From Anaerolineae bacterium (GTDB lineage Bacteria; Chloroflexota; Anaerolineae; UBA1429): 64,000 nt of DNA. The first letter of the stretch is position 1. Every line of letters starts with the position of its first letter. Shown here piece after piece: positions 30,002-40,292 of the stretch. A program made the position numbers and the translations under genes. The stretch lies in contig OY776562.1 of the NCBI GenBank assembly GCA_963675785.1, positions 2,432,001-2,496,000 on the forward strand, read 5' to 3'. The notes beneath the pieces were generated by a model that was given only the letters and a program-made list of their open reading frames with translations, had not been told where the DNA came from and did not search any database.

Positions 30002-31474
30002 TTGACAGCCTATTTGCTCAACACACATCCGCATCACTATGAGGCAAAACGCCGGATTGAAATGGCCCTGGGTATCATCGGCCTGCTCATTCTGGGGTTA
30101 CTGCTGGCGTGTGCCCCACTGACGTGGTGTGTGTTGGCCCTTGCTAGCATAGCTGGTTTGACGGCACTTTTGCTCAACCCTGCCCTGGGCCTTTACGCCC
30201 TGGCATTTACCATCCCCTTTGGCTCAGCCATTACAATGCCATTGAACCTACCCTTTGGCCCCAGCGAAGTTGTCTTAGGTGCAACGGTTTTAGCCTATGT
30301 GCTGCGCGCTGTGGCCCTACGCCAGGACGACCTCAACTGGCATCCTCTGATTCTTCTTTGGGTAATCTATGCACTCGTACTGGGCTTTTCCTTTCTAGTA
30401 GCCAGCAACCTGCAAGAAGCTGCCCTGGAATTGGCCAAATGGATCGAGCTGATCATCGTTGCCTTGATAGTTAGTAACCTACACAATGCCCAAAAAACTA
30501 AACTACTGGTGCTAGCCTTGCTATTGGCCGCTATTGCTCAGGCTGCATTGGGTCTTTATCAATTCGTCTTTCAAGTGGGGCCAGAAGGTTTTGTGCTGAT
30601 GGGGCGTTTTATGCGCGCCTATGGCACCTTTGACCAGCCCAACCCCTTTGGAGGCTATTTGGGACTGGTACTACCGTTGGCCTATGGCATCGTCTACACC
30701 GGTTTTGGCAAGTTAAAAGCCACTGCGGCCCAAAAGGACTGGTTAACTATTGCCCTGTTTTGGGTGGCGCTGGTAGCCTGTGTGGCACTAACGGGGGGCG
30801 TTGCCGCCAGTTGGTCGCGCGGAGCCCTGCTGGGCCTGGCAGCCGGCCTTGTCTTGGTGATATTGGCCCTTGGACCAAGAATCTGGCTGACAGTGAGCCT
30901 TGTCGCTCTACTGATCGTCGCCGCTGTCCCCGTTGAACAGTATCTTTCTGGTGGCGACATCATTGAACGTCTCATCGAACCCGTCGCCCTGCTGCAAAAT
31001 GGCGATCTGGCCACCATCGAGATCACCGATTCTAACTTTTCCACAGTAGAACGCGCCGCGCACTGGTTAGCAGCCTGGCGCATGTTTGAGCAATCTCCCT
31101 GGACCGGCGTCGGCCTGGGGCAATATGCCACCGTCTACCCCGAGGTGGCCGTGCCGCGCTGGCAGGATCCACTCGGCCATGCCCACAATATTTATTTGAA
31201 CCTACTGGCTGAAAACGGCATCCCCGGCCTGTTGGCCTTTTTAGGCGTGATGATAGCTTGGATTGCTGCTGCCTGGCGCACCATCAGAAGAAGCAGCGGT
31301 TGGCAGCGTGCTCTGGCCATTGGCGTACTGGGCATGCTCGGCCATTTGGCAGCTCACTCACTCGTCGATAACCTGTTCGTCCATGATATGTACCTTTATA
31401 TGGGCGTGATGTTTGGGCTACTGATTGCTCAATCGACATCCGCCTCAACGGAGTCCAATCAATGCCCAAACTAG
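30002..31474 (+). CDS. O-antigen ligase/Wzy_C family membrane protein
   Basis: RAYGTFDQPNPFGGYL, SWSRGA, ER.AHW, GVGLGQY, GHAHNIYL. Start uncertain (TTG 30002 or ATG 30062). Confidence 0.88.
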   Translation: MTAYLLNTHPHHYEAKRRIEMALGIIGLLILGLLLACAPLTWCVLALASIAGLTALLLNPALGLYALAFTIPFGSAITMPLNLPFGPSEVVLGATVLAYVLRAVALRQDDLNWHPLILLWVIYALVLGFSFLVASNLQEAALELAKWIELIIVALIVSNLHNAQKTKLLVLALLLAAIAQAALGLYQFVFQVGPEGFVLMGRFMRAYGTFDQPNPFGGYLGLVLPLAYGIVYTGFGKLKATAAQKDWLTIALFWVALVACVALTGGVAASWSRGALLGLAAGLVLVILALGPRIWLTVSLVALLIVAAVPVEQYLSGGDIIERLIEPVALLQNGDLATIEITDSNFSTVERAAHWLAAWRMFEQSPWTGVGLGQYATVYPEVAVPRWQDPLGHAHNIYLNLLAENGIPGLLAFLGVMIAWIAAAWRTIRRSSGWQRALAIGVLGMLGHLAAHSLVDNLFVHDMYLYMGVMFGLLIAQSTSASTESNQCPN

Positions 31475-31911
31475 TCGCTCGCATTCGCCAAATACTCACT
31501 GAGAACAAGAGCGAAGTACATCGTTTTTTGAAATTCGCCGTGGTCGGCAGCATCGGCTTTATCGTCGATTTTAGTCTACTCAATGTCGGCATTCAGATTT
31601 TTGGCCTGGAAAAGTGGGAAGCCAATACGATTTCTTTTACGGCTGCCGTCATCAGTAACTTTTTCTGGAACCGCTACTGGACTTATCCCGAATCCAGAGC
31701 AGATCGCTTTGGGCCACAGTTCCTTCAGTTTTTCCTGGTCAACCTGGGTGGCTTTGCTATCAATCAGGCAGTCTTTTTGTCCCTTTCCAATTATGTTTTC
31801 ACCGATTGGGGAAGCTGGGGCTATAACATTGCCAAAATCATCGCCACTGCCATCGTCATGCTTTGGAACTTTTTCGTGAACCGCAAGTGGACTTACGGAA
31901 AGATCAAATGA
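31462..31911 (+). CDS. GtrA family flippase-like protein
   Basis: RFLKFAVVG, SNFFWNRYWT, WNFFVNRKWT. Confidence 0.9.
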   Translation: MPKLVARIRQILTENKSEVHRFLKFAVVGSIGFIVDFSLLNVGIQIFGLEKWEANTISFTAAVISNFFWNRYWTYPESRADRFGPQFLQFFLVNLGGFAINQAVFLSLSNYVFTDWGSWGYNIAKIIATAIVMLWNFFVNRKWTYGKIK

Positions 31912-33020
31912 TGCGCATTGCCATCGACTATACCTCGGCCGTTCAGCAACATGCAGGCATTGGGCGTTACACCCGCGAGCTAATTCGGGCTCTGGCGCAG
32001 TTGGATCATGACTCACGCTATACGCTCTTTTCGGCGGGGCACGACCCCGAGGGCTATGCCTGGCCAAGCAATTTTCGCACACGCGAACTGCCACTGACCG
32101 ATCGTCACCTGGCTATCCTCTGGCAGCGGTTACGCCTGCCACTGCCTGTCGAGTTCATCACCGGCGGCGCCGACATTTATCACTCACCCGATTTCGTGCT
32201 GGCTCCCGTGCTGCATGCCAAACGCGTGCTCACCATACATGATCTCTCTTTTATGCGGCTGCCCGAATGCTCCTCACCACCTCTGTTAGAATACCTGATG
32301 CGCAATGTTCCCCGTTCAATCGAGCGGGCTGACCTCATCCTGGCCGATTCAGAAAGCACCCAGCAAGATCTAGTCGAGCTGCTCCATGTCGATCCGGCAC
32401 AAACTCGCGTGGTGTATGCAGGCATCGATCCAAACTTTGGCGAACACCTTGATGTGGACACTGCCCGAAAAAAGTACGGCCTGCAGCGCCCCTATATCCT
32501 CTCGGTAGGCACCCTACAGCCACGCAAAAACTATGTGCGGCTCATCAAAGCCTTTGCCCTATTACGCCAAGAGCAACAGGTCGATATCGATCTGGTCATC
32601 GCCGGCGGCAACGGCTGGCTGTACGAAGAGATATTTGAGACCATCACGGAGCTGGGATTAGAAGAGCGAGTACACGTCACCGGCTTTGTTGACGAAGCCG
32701 ACCTACCTTCACTCTACGCTGGTGCGGCAGTTTTTGCCTTTCCCACACTGTACGAGGGTTTCGGAATGCCCGTGCTAGAGGCTCTGGCCTGCGGCGCGCC
32801 GGTGCTCACCGCCAACACTTCATCCCTGCCCGAGGCCGCTGGGGAAGCCGCTCTGTTGGTGGATCCTCTGAACATTGAGGGAATGGCCGAAGGTTTGTGG
32901 CGTCTTTTAGATGAACGCGAACTGCGCAACGAACTGATGAGCCATGCCGAGGAGCAGTTAGCCAAATTTACCTGGCCCCACGCAGCCGCCGATTTGTTGG
33001 CGTCCTACAAGAGCCTGTAA
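31908..33020 (+). CDS. GT4 family glycosyltransferase
   Basis: GIGRY, TIHDL, GTLQPRKN, EGFGMPVLEA (EX7E); ATGA overlap with gtrA. Confidence 0.93.
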   Translation: MMRIAIDYTSAVQQHAGIGRYTRELIRALAQLDHDSRYTLFSAGHDPEGYAWPSNFRTRELPLTDRHLAILWQRLRLPLPVEFITGGADIYHSPDFVLAPVLHAKRVLTIHDLSFMRLPECSSPPLLEYLMRNVPRSIERADLILADSESTQQDLVELLHVDPAQTRVVYAGIDPNFGEHLDVDTARKKYGLQRPYILSVGTLQPRKNYVRLIKAFALLRQEQQVDIDLVIAGGNGWLYEEIFETITELGLEERVHVTGFVDEADLPSLYAGAAVFAFPTLYEGFGMPVLEALACGAPVLTANTSSLPEAAGEAALLVDPLNIEGMAEGLWRLLDERELRNELMSHAEEQLAKFTWPHAAADLLASYKSL

Positions 33021-33024
33021 GACG

Positions 33025-33058
33025 AAAAAAGGGCGCTGCAAGATGCAGCGCCCTTTTT
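33025..33058. terminator. Bidirectional intrinsic terminator
   Basis: A6-GGGCGCTGCA-aga-TGCAGCGCCC-T5 between convergent genes. Confidence 0.9.
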
Positions 33059-33071
33059 ACTATAAAAAGAA

Positions 33072-33617
33072 CTAGCTATAAACCTCGGGTTTGAGCACGG
33101 CGATAAAAGGTAGATTGCGGTACTTTTGGGCATAGTCCAACCCATAGCCAATGACAAACTCGTCATTGATATCAAAGCCCACGTAATCGACCTGGAGCTC
33201 GACCTCTCGCCGGGCTGGTTTGTTGAGCAGCGTGCATAGCTTGATGCTGGCCGGGTTGCGCACCTTGAGGTTCTCTAACAAATAAGCCAAAGTGTTACCA
33301 GTATCGATGATATCTTCGATGATCATGATATGCCGGCCGGTAATATCGCGATCCAAGTCCTTGAGGATTTGCACCACGCCGCTAGTTTCCGTGGCGTCGC
33401 CATAACTGGATACAGCCATAAAATCGATGCCATGATGGATGGTGATCTGTCGCGTCAGGTCAGCCAAAAAGACATAACCGCCCTTGAGCACGCAAATCAA
33501 CAGAGGGTTAAGACCGTCATAATCGCGCGAGATTTGCTGGCCAAGCTCGGCCACGCGTTCCTTGATCTGCTCCTCTGAGATGAGCACACGGGCGATATCG
33601 TTGCTTATGGGATCCAT
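33072..33617 (-). CDS. hpt: Hypoxanthine phosphoribosyltransferase
   Basis: VLKGG, IIEDIIDTGNTL, FVIGYGLDY, YRNLP. GGAGG RBS before ATG 33617. Confidence 0.96.
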   Translation of the reverse strand: MDPISNDIARVLISEEQIKERVAELGQQISRDYDGLNPLLICVLKGGYVFLADLTRQITIHHGIDFMAVSSYGDATETSGVVQILKDLDRDITGRHIMIIEDIIDTGNTLAYLLENLKVRNPASIKLCTLLNKPARREVELQVDYVGFDINDEFVIGYGLDYAQKYRNLPFIAVLKPEVYS

Positions 33618-33682
33618 CCTTGTCCTCCCGGTAGCCAAGTGAGATTGCCCCTATTCTACCCTTTTTGCGCAATGCCGCAAGG

Positions 33683-34873
33683 TTACTCGACCAGACACAA
33701 CAAGCCCTTGAGATAGGCCCCCTGGGGAAAGGGCAGGAACACCGGGTGATCTGGCCCCTGGCGCAGCTCTTGCAGAACGCGCAGCTCACGGCCAGAATCA
33801 ATGCCTGCCCCAAATACCACTTTTTGAAAGAGCAGAGCATCCACGGCACCCGAGCATGAGAACGTCGCCAGAATTCCCCCCGGCTTGAGCAGGTGCATGG
33901 CGGACATGTTGATATCCTTGTAGCCGCGCGTGGCCGATTGCACCTGGGCTTTGGAAAAGGCGAACTTGGGGGGGTCAAGGACGACCACATCATAGCGTTT
34001 GTTCTGGTCACGCAGAGTGCGCAGCAACTTGAAAGCATCACCTTCCAGTCGCTCTCCCGGCTCAAAGCCATTCAACACCATATTCTCCGCAGCTAAATCC
34101 AGGGCGTTTGCCGAGCTGTCCAAATGGGAGATATGCGCCGCTCCCGCCCTGGCCGCATACACAGAAAAACCGCCTGTATAGGCAAAGACGTTGAGCACGT
34201 CGCCGCCCGCACAATAGCTGCCTACCGTCTCACGGCTCATCCGCTGGTCAAGGTAAAAGCCAGTCTTGTGCCCGTTGAGGATATCGACGTAAAAGCGCAG
34301 GCCGTTCTCATGCACCTCGATGCGCTCCGGAGGTATCTCTCCAGCCAAAACGCCCACCACCGGCCCCAGCCCCTCTTGCGGGCGAATGTCCGCATCGCTG
34401 CGTTCATAGATACCCCTGGGAGAGAGCATTTCCATGAGCATCTCGGCGATCTCTTGCTTGAGACCGTCCATACCCATGGTGAGCGATTGCAACACCACCC
34501 AATCGGCATAGCGATCGACGATGAGACCGGGCAGGCCGTCGGATTCGGCATAGACCAGGCGATAGGCGTTGGTATCACCGCTCACCATGCGCTCGCGTCG
34601 GGCAATGGATGCGGCCAATTGTTGCCGCAAAAAAGCGCGATCGATGGCCTGTCCCTGCTCCCAGGTTAGCACCCTCACCCGAATCTTGGAATTAGGGTTG
34701 TAGTAACCCCTGGCCCACCAGGCACCGCCGGCATCCACCACATCGACCATGTCACCCGGCACAGCATCGCCAATCACTCTCGCCACTGCCCCGCTGTAAA
34801 TCCAGGGGTGGCGGTTCATCAAAGCCTTTTCGCGCCCCTTGGCCAGGACGATACGAGACAATTCTGCCATCAT
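33683..34873 (-). CDS. rlmI: RlmI-like 23S rRNA m5C1962 methyltransferase
   Basis: HPWIYSG PUA domain, ESDGLPGLIVDRY, GHKTGFYLDQR, DPPKFA, TFSCSG, YLKG. Confidence 0.88.
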   Translation of the reverse strand: MMAELSRIVLAKGREKALMNRHPWIYSGAVARVIGDAVPGDMVDVVDAGGAWWARGYYNPNSKIRVRVLTWEQGQAIDRAFLRQQLAASIARRERMVSGDTNAYRLVYAESDGLPGLIVDRYADWVVLQSLTMGMDGLKQEIAEMLMEMLSPRGIYERSDADIRPQEGLGPVVGVLAGEIPPERIEVHENGLRFYVDILNGHKTGFYLDQRMSRETVGSYCAGGDVLNVFAYTGGFSVYAARAGAAHISHLDSSANALDLAAENMVLNGFEPGERLEGDAFKLLRTLRDQNKRYDVVVLDPPKFAFSKAQVQSATRGYKDINMSAMHLLKPGGILATFSCSGAVDALLFQKVVFGAGIDSGRELRVLQELRQGPDHPVFLPFPQGAYLKGLLCLVE

Positions 34874-34884
34874 GTTTGTTTCCT

Positions 34885-36342
34885 CTACGCTGAACGCCGC
34901 ACAAGACGCAGAACCAGTACGCGGCGTGTTGATTCGGTAATACATCCGGCTTGACCCTGTCGAACACCAGCAAGCCAAACAATCTCGTCCCCACTCTCGA
35001 TGAGCGGCAGTCCATCGCGCAAGGGCTGGGGCACATGTTCGTCGATGAGCACATCCTTGACCTTGCGCCTCCCAGCCATACCCAAGGGCCTCATGCGGTC
35101 ACCCGGACGGCGCACTCGCAGTCGTAGTTCGCCCAAGGCATCGGCGTCCAGAAAAGCCGTCAGAGGATGCCCGCTACTCTGCCAATCCACAGGCAATTCA
35201 CACCGTTCAAAGAGTTCACATTGGAGCACCCAGCCCTCAGCCAATTCGCACATCCCCGAACAGAAAATGGGTCGCGGATCGCCGTGATACTGCGGCAGCA
35301 AGCGCTTCGGTACAGCTTGACCGGCCTCAGCGATGATGACTTTATCGTAATAGACGGCTAGCTCTAGACCGCCAGGAAGCGTGCAATGCGCCCCGGTCTG
35401 CCCGCTACGAATGACCTGCAATGCCGCCTCGGCATGCACCCAACCCACATCGCGCAGGGTGGATTGCAGGTTAAAGATGGCACGTCGCACCATCGCTCGC
35501 ACCACTGCATCAGAAAGTGTTTGCAGCACCTTGGCTGACAAAATGATAGGCTCGCCCTCGCTGATACAAGCCTTTTCCCAGGCGTTATCTACCACCTCAG
35601 AGATGATCTCGTAATCGCCTGCAAAGGCCTGACTGGCCTGCCAAACACCCTGCTTGAAATTGGGATTATAGGTCTCTAGCAGCGGTAACAGTTCGTGGCG
35701 CAGTCGATTGCGAAAATAGGTCATATCGGCGTTGGTCTCATCGATGCGCGGGGCCAGGTGATACTGCTGACAATAAGCCTCGATATCCGCCCGCCAGACG
35801 CCCAGCAGGGGGCGCAGTAGGCGCAGTTTTTCGGCACCAGGCACGGCTAGGCTCAGGGGATCCAGGTTAGATTCGAAAACCATGCCCCTCATGCCGCCCA
35901 GGGCCGAGCCACGGAGCCAGTGCATCACCACCGTCTCCACCTGATCATCGGCGTGGTGGGCCGTCAAAAGGACACTCGCCCCAACGCGAATTGCCGCCTC
36001 AGCCAAAGCTGCATAGCGAAGCTGTCTCGCCGCTTCTTCCAACGAAATGCCCGGTACTTGAGCAGCAGCTGGCGCATCCACAGAGATAATCTCACAGGTC
36101 AAGCCTAGGCTAACGGCATAGTCGCGCACAAAGTGGGCATCGGCCAGTGAAGCCTCGCCGCGGATGCCATGTTCTACATGGACTACATGCAACGCCAGGT
36201 CCAATTCTGGTGCCAGGGTGTGCAGCACGTGCAGCAGGCACAACGAATCTGCCCCGCCCGAGACTGCCACAACGATCGGCACGTCGCACACGAGGGGAAC
36301 GGCACTCAACAATCTAGTCCTTACCCCTGCAACAATGTCCAC
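34885..36342 (-). CDS. tilS: tRNA(Ile)-lysidine synthetase
   Basis: AVSGGADS PP-loop, AHHADDQVET, RPLL, RNRLR, C-terminal TilS domain. Confidence 0.96.
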   Translation of the reverse strand: MDIVAGVRTRLLSAVPLVCDVPIVVAVSGGADSLCLLHVLHTLAPELDLALHVVHVEHGIRGEASLADAHFVRDYAVSLGLTCEIISVDAPAAAQVPGISLEEAARQLRYAALAEAAIRVGASVLLTAHHADDQVETVVMHWLRGSALGGMRGMVFESNLDPLSLAVPGAEKLRLLRPLLGVWRADIEAYCQQYHLAPRIDETNADMTYFRNRLRHELLPLLETYNPNFKQGVWQASQAFAGDYEIISEVVDNAWEKACISEGEPIILSAKVLQTLSDAVVRAMVRRAIFNLQSTLRDVGWVHAEAALQVIRSGQTGAHCTLPGGLELAVYYDKVIIAEAGQAVPKRLLPQYHGDPRPIFCSGMCELAEGWVLQCELFERCELPVDWQSSGHPLTAFLDADALGELRLRVRRPGDRMRPLGMAGRRKVKDVLIDEHVPQPLRDGLPLIESGDEIVWLAGVRQGQAGCITESTRRVLVLRLVRRSA

Positions 36343-36408
36343 ATCTCTATCCTACACAAAGCCGGAGCACAAGGCTCCGGCTGCGTTCATCCTGCAAAAC
36401 CCCGTCTC

Positions 36409-38145
36409 TCAGAACAGGCCGGTTACCTTACCATCTGCCGTCAAATCTATATCCATGAATGAAGGCCGCCGAGACAGGCCGGGCATGGTTTTCATATCAC
36501 CACACAAGGGGTAAACAAATCCCGCTCCAGCGCTCACCGAGACATCACTGACGGGCAGCACATAGCCCTTGGGAGCCCCCTTCAGGGCCGAATCATGGCT
36601 GAGCGAAAGCTGCGTCTTGGCCATACAGATGGGCAGTTCGCCATAGCCCAGCTTTTCGTACTGCTTGATCTTGCGATCGGCCTCGGCGCTATACTCGACA
36701 CTGCCGGCGCCATAAACACGCGTGGCAATGATCTCGATCTTGTCCTTGATGGGCAGATCCAATGGATAGAGATAACGGAAATCGCTGGGCTGCTCGCAAG
36801 CCGCCACCACAGCCTCGGCCAATTGACGAGCTCCTCGCCCACCTTCGGCCCAGTGGTTGCTGGGTACTGCGTCGAACGCTCCTGCTTGTAAGGCGATTTC
36901 ACGGATCAGATCGATTTCGGCCTCGGTATCGGTAGCAAAGCGATTGACCGCCACCACCACCGGCACACCGTATTGTTTGGCAATGTTGATATTGGCAATG
37001 AGATTCTCACAACCTAGGCGCAAGGCGTCCAAGTTTTCCTCGACCAATTCGCGCGGCAGCGGTTTACCGGGCACCACAGGGCCCAAACCGCCATGCATTT
37101 TCAGAGCACGCACGGTAGCCACCATGACCACACAATTGGGCTTGAGACCACTCACACGGCACTTGATGTCAAAGAATTTCTCCATGCCACAATCGGCACC
37201 AAAGCCCGATTCGGTTACCACGTAATCGGCCATGCGTGAAGCCAGTCGATCGGCGATGATGGACGAATTGCCGTGGGCGATGTTGGCAAAGGGCCCGGCA
37301 TGGACAAAGGCCGGCGTGTTCTCTAACGTTTGCAACAAGTTGGGCATAATGGCGTCTTTGAGCAGCACGGCCATGGCCCCAGCCACGCCAAAATCCTCAG
37401 CCGTAATCGGCTGACCACTGGTATCCAAAGCGAGTACCATACGCCCCAAACGAGCCCGCAGATCAGTCAGATCCGTAGCCAAAGCCAAAATAGCCATTAC
37501 TTCGCTGGCCACAGCAATATCGAAAGCGGTTTCACGCGGCGTGCCCTCACGTGGGCCACCCAAACCCGTCACAATGTGACGCAAGGAGGCATCCTCGACA
37601 TCCACCACGCGCCGCCAAAGGATAGCCATGGGATCAATATTGAGACGCTGCAGGCAGGCCTTGGCCAACGACTTGTCGCCCAGGTGACGTTCGTGAATCA
37701 TGCGCGCATCAATGGCAGCAGCAGCCAGGTTGTTGGCGATAGCCACAGCATGGTTGTCGCCAGTAAGATGCAGATTAAAGTCCTCCATGGGCACAACTTG
37801 GGCATAGCCACCGCCAGCCGCACCGCCCTTGATGCCGAAGGTGGGCCCCATGGATGGCTGCCGAATACAGGTAAAAACGCGTTTGCCCAGCTCTGAGCCC
37901 AATGCCTGGCTCAGCCCGACAGTCGTCGTAGTTTTGCCTTCGCCCAATGGCGTGGGCGTAATAGCCGTCACGTCCACATAACGCGCGGCCGGACGGTCAA
38001 CGAAACGATGCTCTGCCTCCAGATGGACCTTGGCCTTGAACCAGCCGTAGGGTTCGATGTCATCCTTCTCCAGCCCTAGGTCAGCGGCAAGTTCCAAGAT
38101 GGGTCGCAATGTAGCGGCCTGTGCTATCTGTAGATCGGTGAGCAT
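36409..38145 (-). CDS. fhs: Formate--tetrahydrofolate ligase
   Basis: TPTPLGEGKTT, GIKGGAAGGGY, HAGPFANIAHG, CMAKTQ, MPGL. Confidence 0.98.
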   Translation of the reverse strand: MLTDLQIAQAATLRPILELAADLGLEKDDIEPYGWFKAKVHLEAEHRFVDRPAARYVDVTAITPTPLGEGKTTTTVGLSQALGSELGKRVFTCIRQPSMGPTFGIKGGAAGGGYAQVVPMEDFNLHLTGDNHAVAIANNLAAAAIDARMIHERHLGDKSLAKACLQRLNIDPMAILWRRVVDVEDASLRHIVTGLGGPREGTPRETAFDIAVASEVMAILALATDLTDLRARLGRMVLALDTSGQPITAEDFGVAGAMAVLLKDAIMPNLLQTLENTPAFVHAGPFANIAHGNSSIIADRLASRMADYVVTESGFGADCGMEKFFDIKCRVSGLKPNCVVMVATVRALKMHGGLGPVVPGKPLPRELVEENLDALRLGCENLIANINIAKQYGVPVVVAVNRFATDTEAEIDLIREIALQAGAFDAVPSNHWAEGGRGARQLAEAVVAACEQPSDFRYLYPLDLPIKDKIEIIATRVYGAGSVEYSAEADRKIKQYEKLGYGELPICMAKTQLSLSHDSALKGAPKGYVLPVSDVSVSAGAGFVYPLCGDMKTMPGLSRRPSFMDIDLTADGKVTGLF

Positions 38146-38171
38146 CGGTATCTCCTGAAAAGGGTATAATT

Positions 38172-39026
38172 TTAGCCCAATTGACGTTGGGCAGCGGAAA
38201 TCGTATTCATCAACAACATGGCATTGGTCATAGGGCCGGTGCCACCGGGCACAGGTGTGTACCAGCCTGCCACATCCATGGCCGCCTCAGCGTCCACATC
38301 ACCCACTATGACATCACCTACCACATTGATGCCAAAATCAATCACGGCGGCCCCTGGCTTGATCATCTCGCCAGTGACAAAGCCACATCGCCCCACAGCA
38401 GCCACCAAAATATCGGCCTCTCGGGCAATGGCAGCCACATCCTGCGTTCGCGAATGGCAGATGGTTACTGTGGCGTTGCGGTGCAACAGTAACAGCGACA
38501 TGGGCCGCCCTACGATATTGCTGCGACCAATAACCACAGCACGCTTGCCGGCCATCTCGACGCCATAGCGTTCCAGTAGCACAATGCCGCCCAGAGGTGT
38601 CGCCGGAACCGGCGCATCGCCCGTATTCTGCAGCAAACGCCCAGCATTCAGCGGATGAATGCCATCCACGTCCTTGGCGGGGTCTAACACAGAAACGATG
38701 CTCTCGCTTGTGAGCGGCGCTGGCAAGGGCAACTGCACGATAATGCCATTCGTGCGTTCATCGGCGTTGAGCGCCCGAATGCGCTCTTGCAGCGCCGTCT
38801 CACCAGTTTCACTTTCAAGCTGAACCAACTCACAATGCAAGCCAGCACGCTCAAAGGTTCGGCTAATCTGGCGGACATACCAGGCCGAAGCAGGATCACT
38901 GCCCACCTGTACCACGGCTAGACCAGGGGCAAAGCCGTGCCTCGCCACAAACTCGGCTGCCTGTATGGCCGCATCTTGACAGATTTCCCGGGCACATTGT
39001 TTACCGTCGAGGATTCTAGCCGTCAT
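38172..39026 (-). CDS. folD: Methylene-THF dehydrogenase FolD (cyclohydrolase lysine absent)
   Basis: VQLPLP, KDVDG, GRSNIVGRP, TPVPGGTGPMT; the YxxxK position reads YVRQI. Confidence 0.93.
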   Translation of the reverse strand: MTARILDGKQCAREICQDAAIQAAEFVARHGFAPGLAVVQVGSDPASAWYVRQISRTFERAGLHCELVQLESETGETALQERIRALNADERTNGIIVQLPLPAPLTSESIVSVLDPAKDVDGIHPLNAGRLLQNTGDAPVPATPLGGIVLLERYGVEMAGKRAVVIGRSNIVGRPMSLLLLHRNATVTICHSRTQDVAAIAREADILVAAVGRCGFVTGEMIKPGAAVIDFGINVVGDVIVGDVDAEAAMDVAGWYTPVPGGTGPMTNAMLLMNTISAAQRQLG

Positions 39027-39034
39027 GCCAACCC

Positions 39035-39670
39035 CTACGCTTTGATCCGCTCATCGACCAGAGCCAACACCGCATCACGACACTCGGTGAGACCCTCGGT
39101 CAAAGCAGCCATCTGTTCGGTCAGTTCGGCGGCTCTATCCGCATCGGTGATGCTTTGTAGATTGATGGTGACATTGAGCAGAGCGCCGTGCACGGCGCTC
39201 TCCGCCAGCCGCACGGCCACGCCTGCATCGCTCACTGCCCAGCGGTTGCCCAATTCGGCAGCCGGACGAGCCAGAGCTACCACTTTGGTGCAGGCTCGAG
39301 CGATCTGTAGCGGCACTTGGGCCGCCTGCCACAACGCCTCTTGAATAGCTGCGGCGCGTGCAATTTTTTCGTCTGCATCTGACTTGGGCAAATGATAAGC
39401 TGCCATCACCTGGTCATACACCATAGCATCCATATCGGCCAGAGCAACCAACTGGCAGCGCACCCCCTCGCTTTCCATCAACACTTGGCGCAATTCGTCC
39501 TGAGCACCTTCATAGCCCTTTTTGCCAAGGGTGAGGTTGCAAACCATGCTGACCAGACTTGCTGCCAGGGCACCGCCCATAGCGGCACCCGCACCACCAC
39601 CCGGCGTCGAGGCCTTGGAGGCCAGAGCGTCCATGAATTCGTTGATGGTGAGTTGAGAAAAACTGGGCAC
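39035..39670 (-). CDS. fchA: Cyclodeaminase/cyclohydrolase (FTCD_C, FchA-like)
   Basis: LAS...TPGGG, SMVCNLT.GKK, GN...SD, NV.INL. GTG 39670 follows GAGG. Confidence 0.88.
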   Translation of the reverse strand: MPSFSQLTINEFMDALASKASTPGGGAGAAMGGALAASLVSMVCNLTLGKKGYEGAQDELRQVLMESEGVRCQLVALADMDAMVYDQVMAAYHLPKSDADEKIARAAAIQEALWQAAQVPLQIARACTKVVALARPAAELGNRWAVSDAGVAVRLAESAVHGALLNVTINLQSITDADRAAELTEQMAALTEGLTECRDAVLALVDERIKA

Positions 39671-39692
39671 AGCTATTCCTCGTTCATCAAAA

Positions 39693-40292
39693 CTAGATGA
39701 TGCGCCGCCCTGAAAGGGCCTCGGATAGGGTGATGCGATCGGCGTATTCCAAATCACCGCCGCGCGGCAAGCCCAGCGCCAAGCGCGATACTTGAATCCC
39801 CAGCGGGCTAACGAGCCGCGAAATGTACGTGGCCGTGGCGTCGCCCTCCATGGTCGGATTAGTAGCGACAATGACTTCGCGAATGGTATTGTCTTGCAGG
39901 CGATTCACCAGTTCGCAGAGGCGCAGTTCGTCCGGGCCAATCCGATCCATGGGCGAAATATGTCCATGCAACACGTGATACAATCCGTGATAGGTGCCCG
40001 TATCTTCGATGGCTACCACATCCAGCGGTTCCTCGACCACACAAATCAGTGAGCGATCGCGATTGCCGCTAGAGCAAATATCGCAAGGGTCAGATTCACT
40101 GATATTACAACACACCGAACAAAAAACCGTGCTTCTATGAAGGTCAGCTAACGCATTAGCCAGGGCCAAGGTCTCGTCCTCACCTGCGCGTAGCAGGTAA
40201 AAAGCCAATCGCGAGGCCGTTTTAGGGCCAATGCCCGGCAATCTGCTCAGGGCATCGATCAGCCGGGTGACGGGTTTGGGAGCACCAGCCAT
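39693..40292 (-). CDS. recR: Recombination mediator RecR
   Basis: LPGIGPKTA, C4 zinc finger, YHVLHG, ATNPTMEG, DLEYAD. Confidence 0.97.
   Translation of the reverse strand: MAGAPKPVTRLIDALSRLPGIGPKTASRLAFYLLRAGEDETLALANALADLHRSTVFCSVCCNISESDPCDICSSGNRDRSLICVVEEPLDVVAIEDTGTYHGLYHVLHGHISPMDRIGPDELRLCELVNRLQDNTIREVIVATNPTMEGDATATYISRLVSPLGIQVSRLALGLPRGGDLEYADRITLSEALSGRRII

Noticed and set aside
33072-36342. rlmI between tilS and hpt, with no ftsH
   Set aside because: Ordinary shuffling of housekeeping genes with no sign of a new function.
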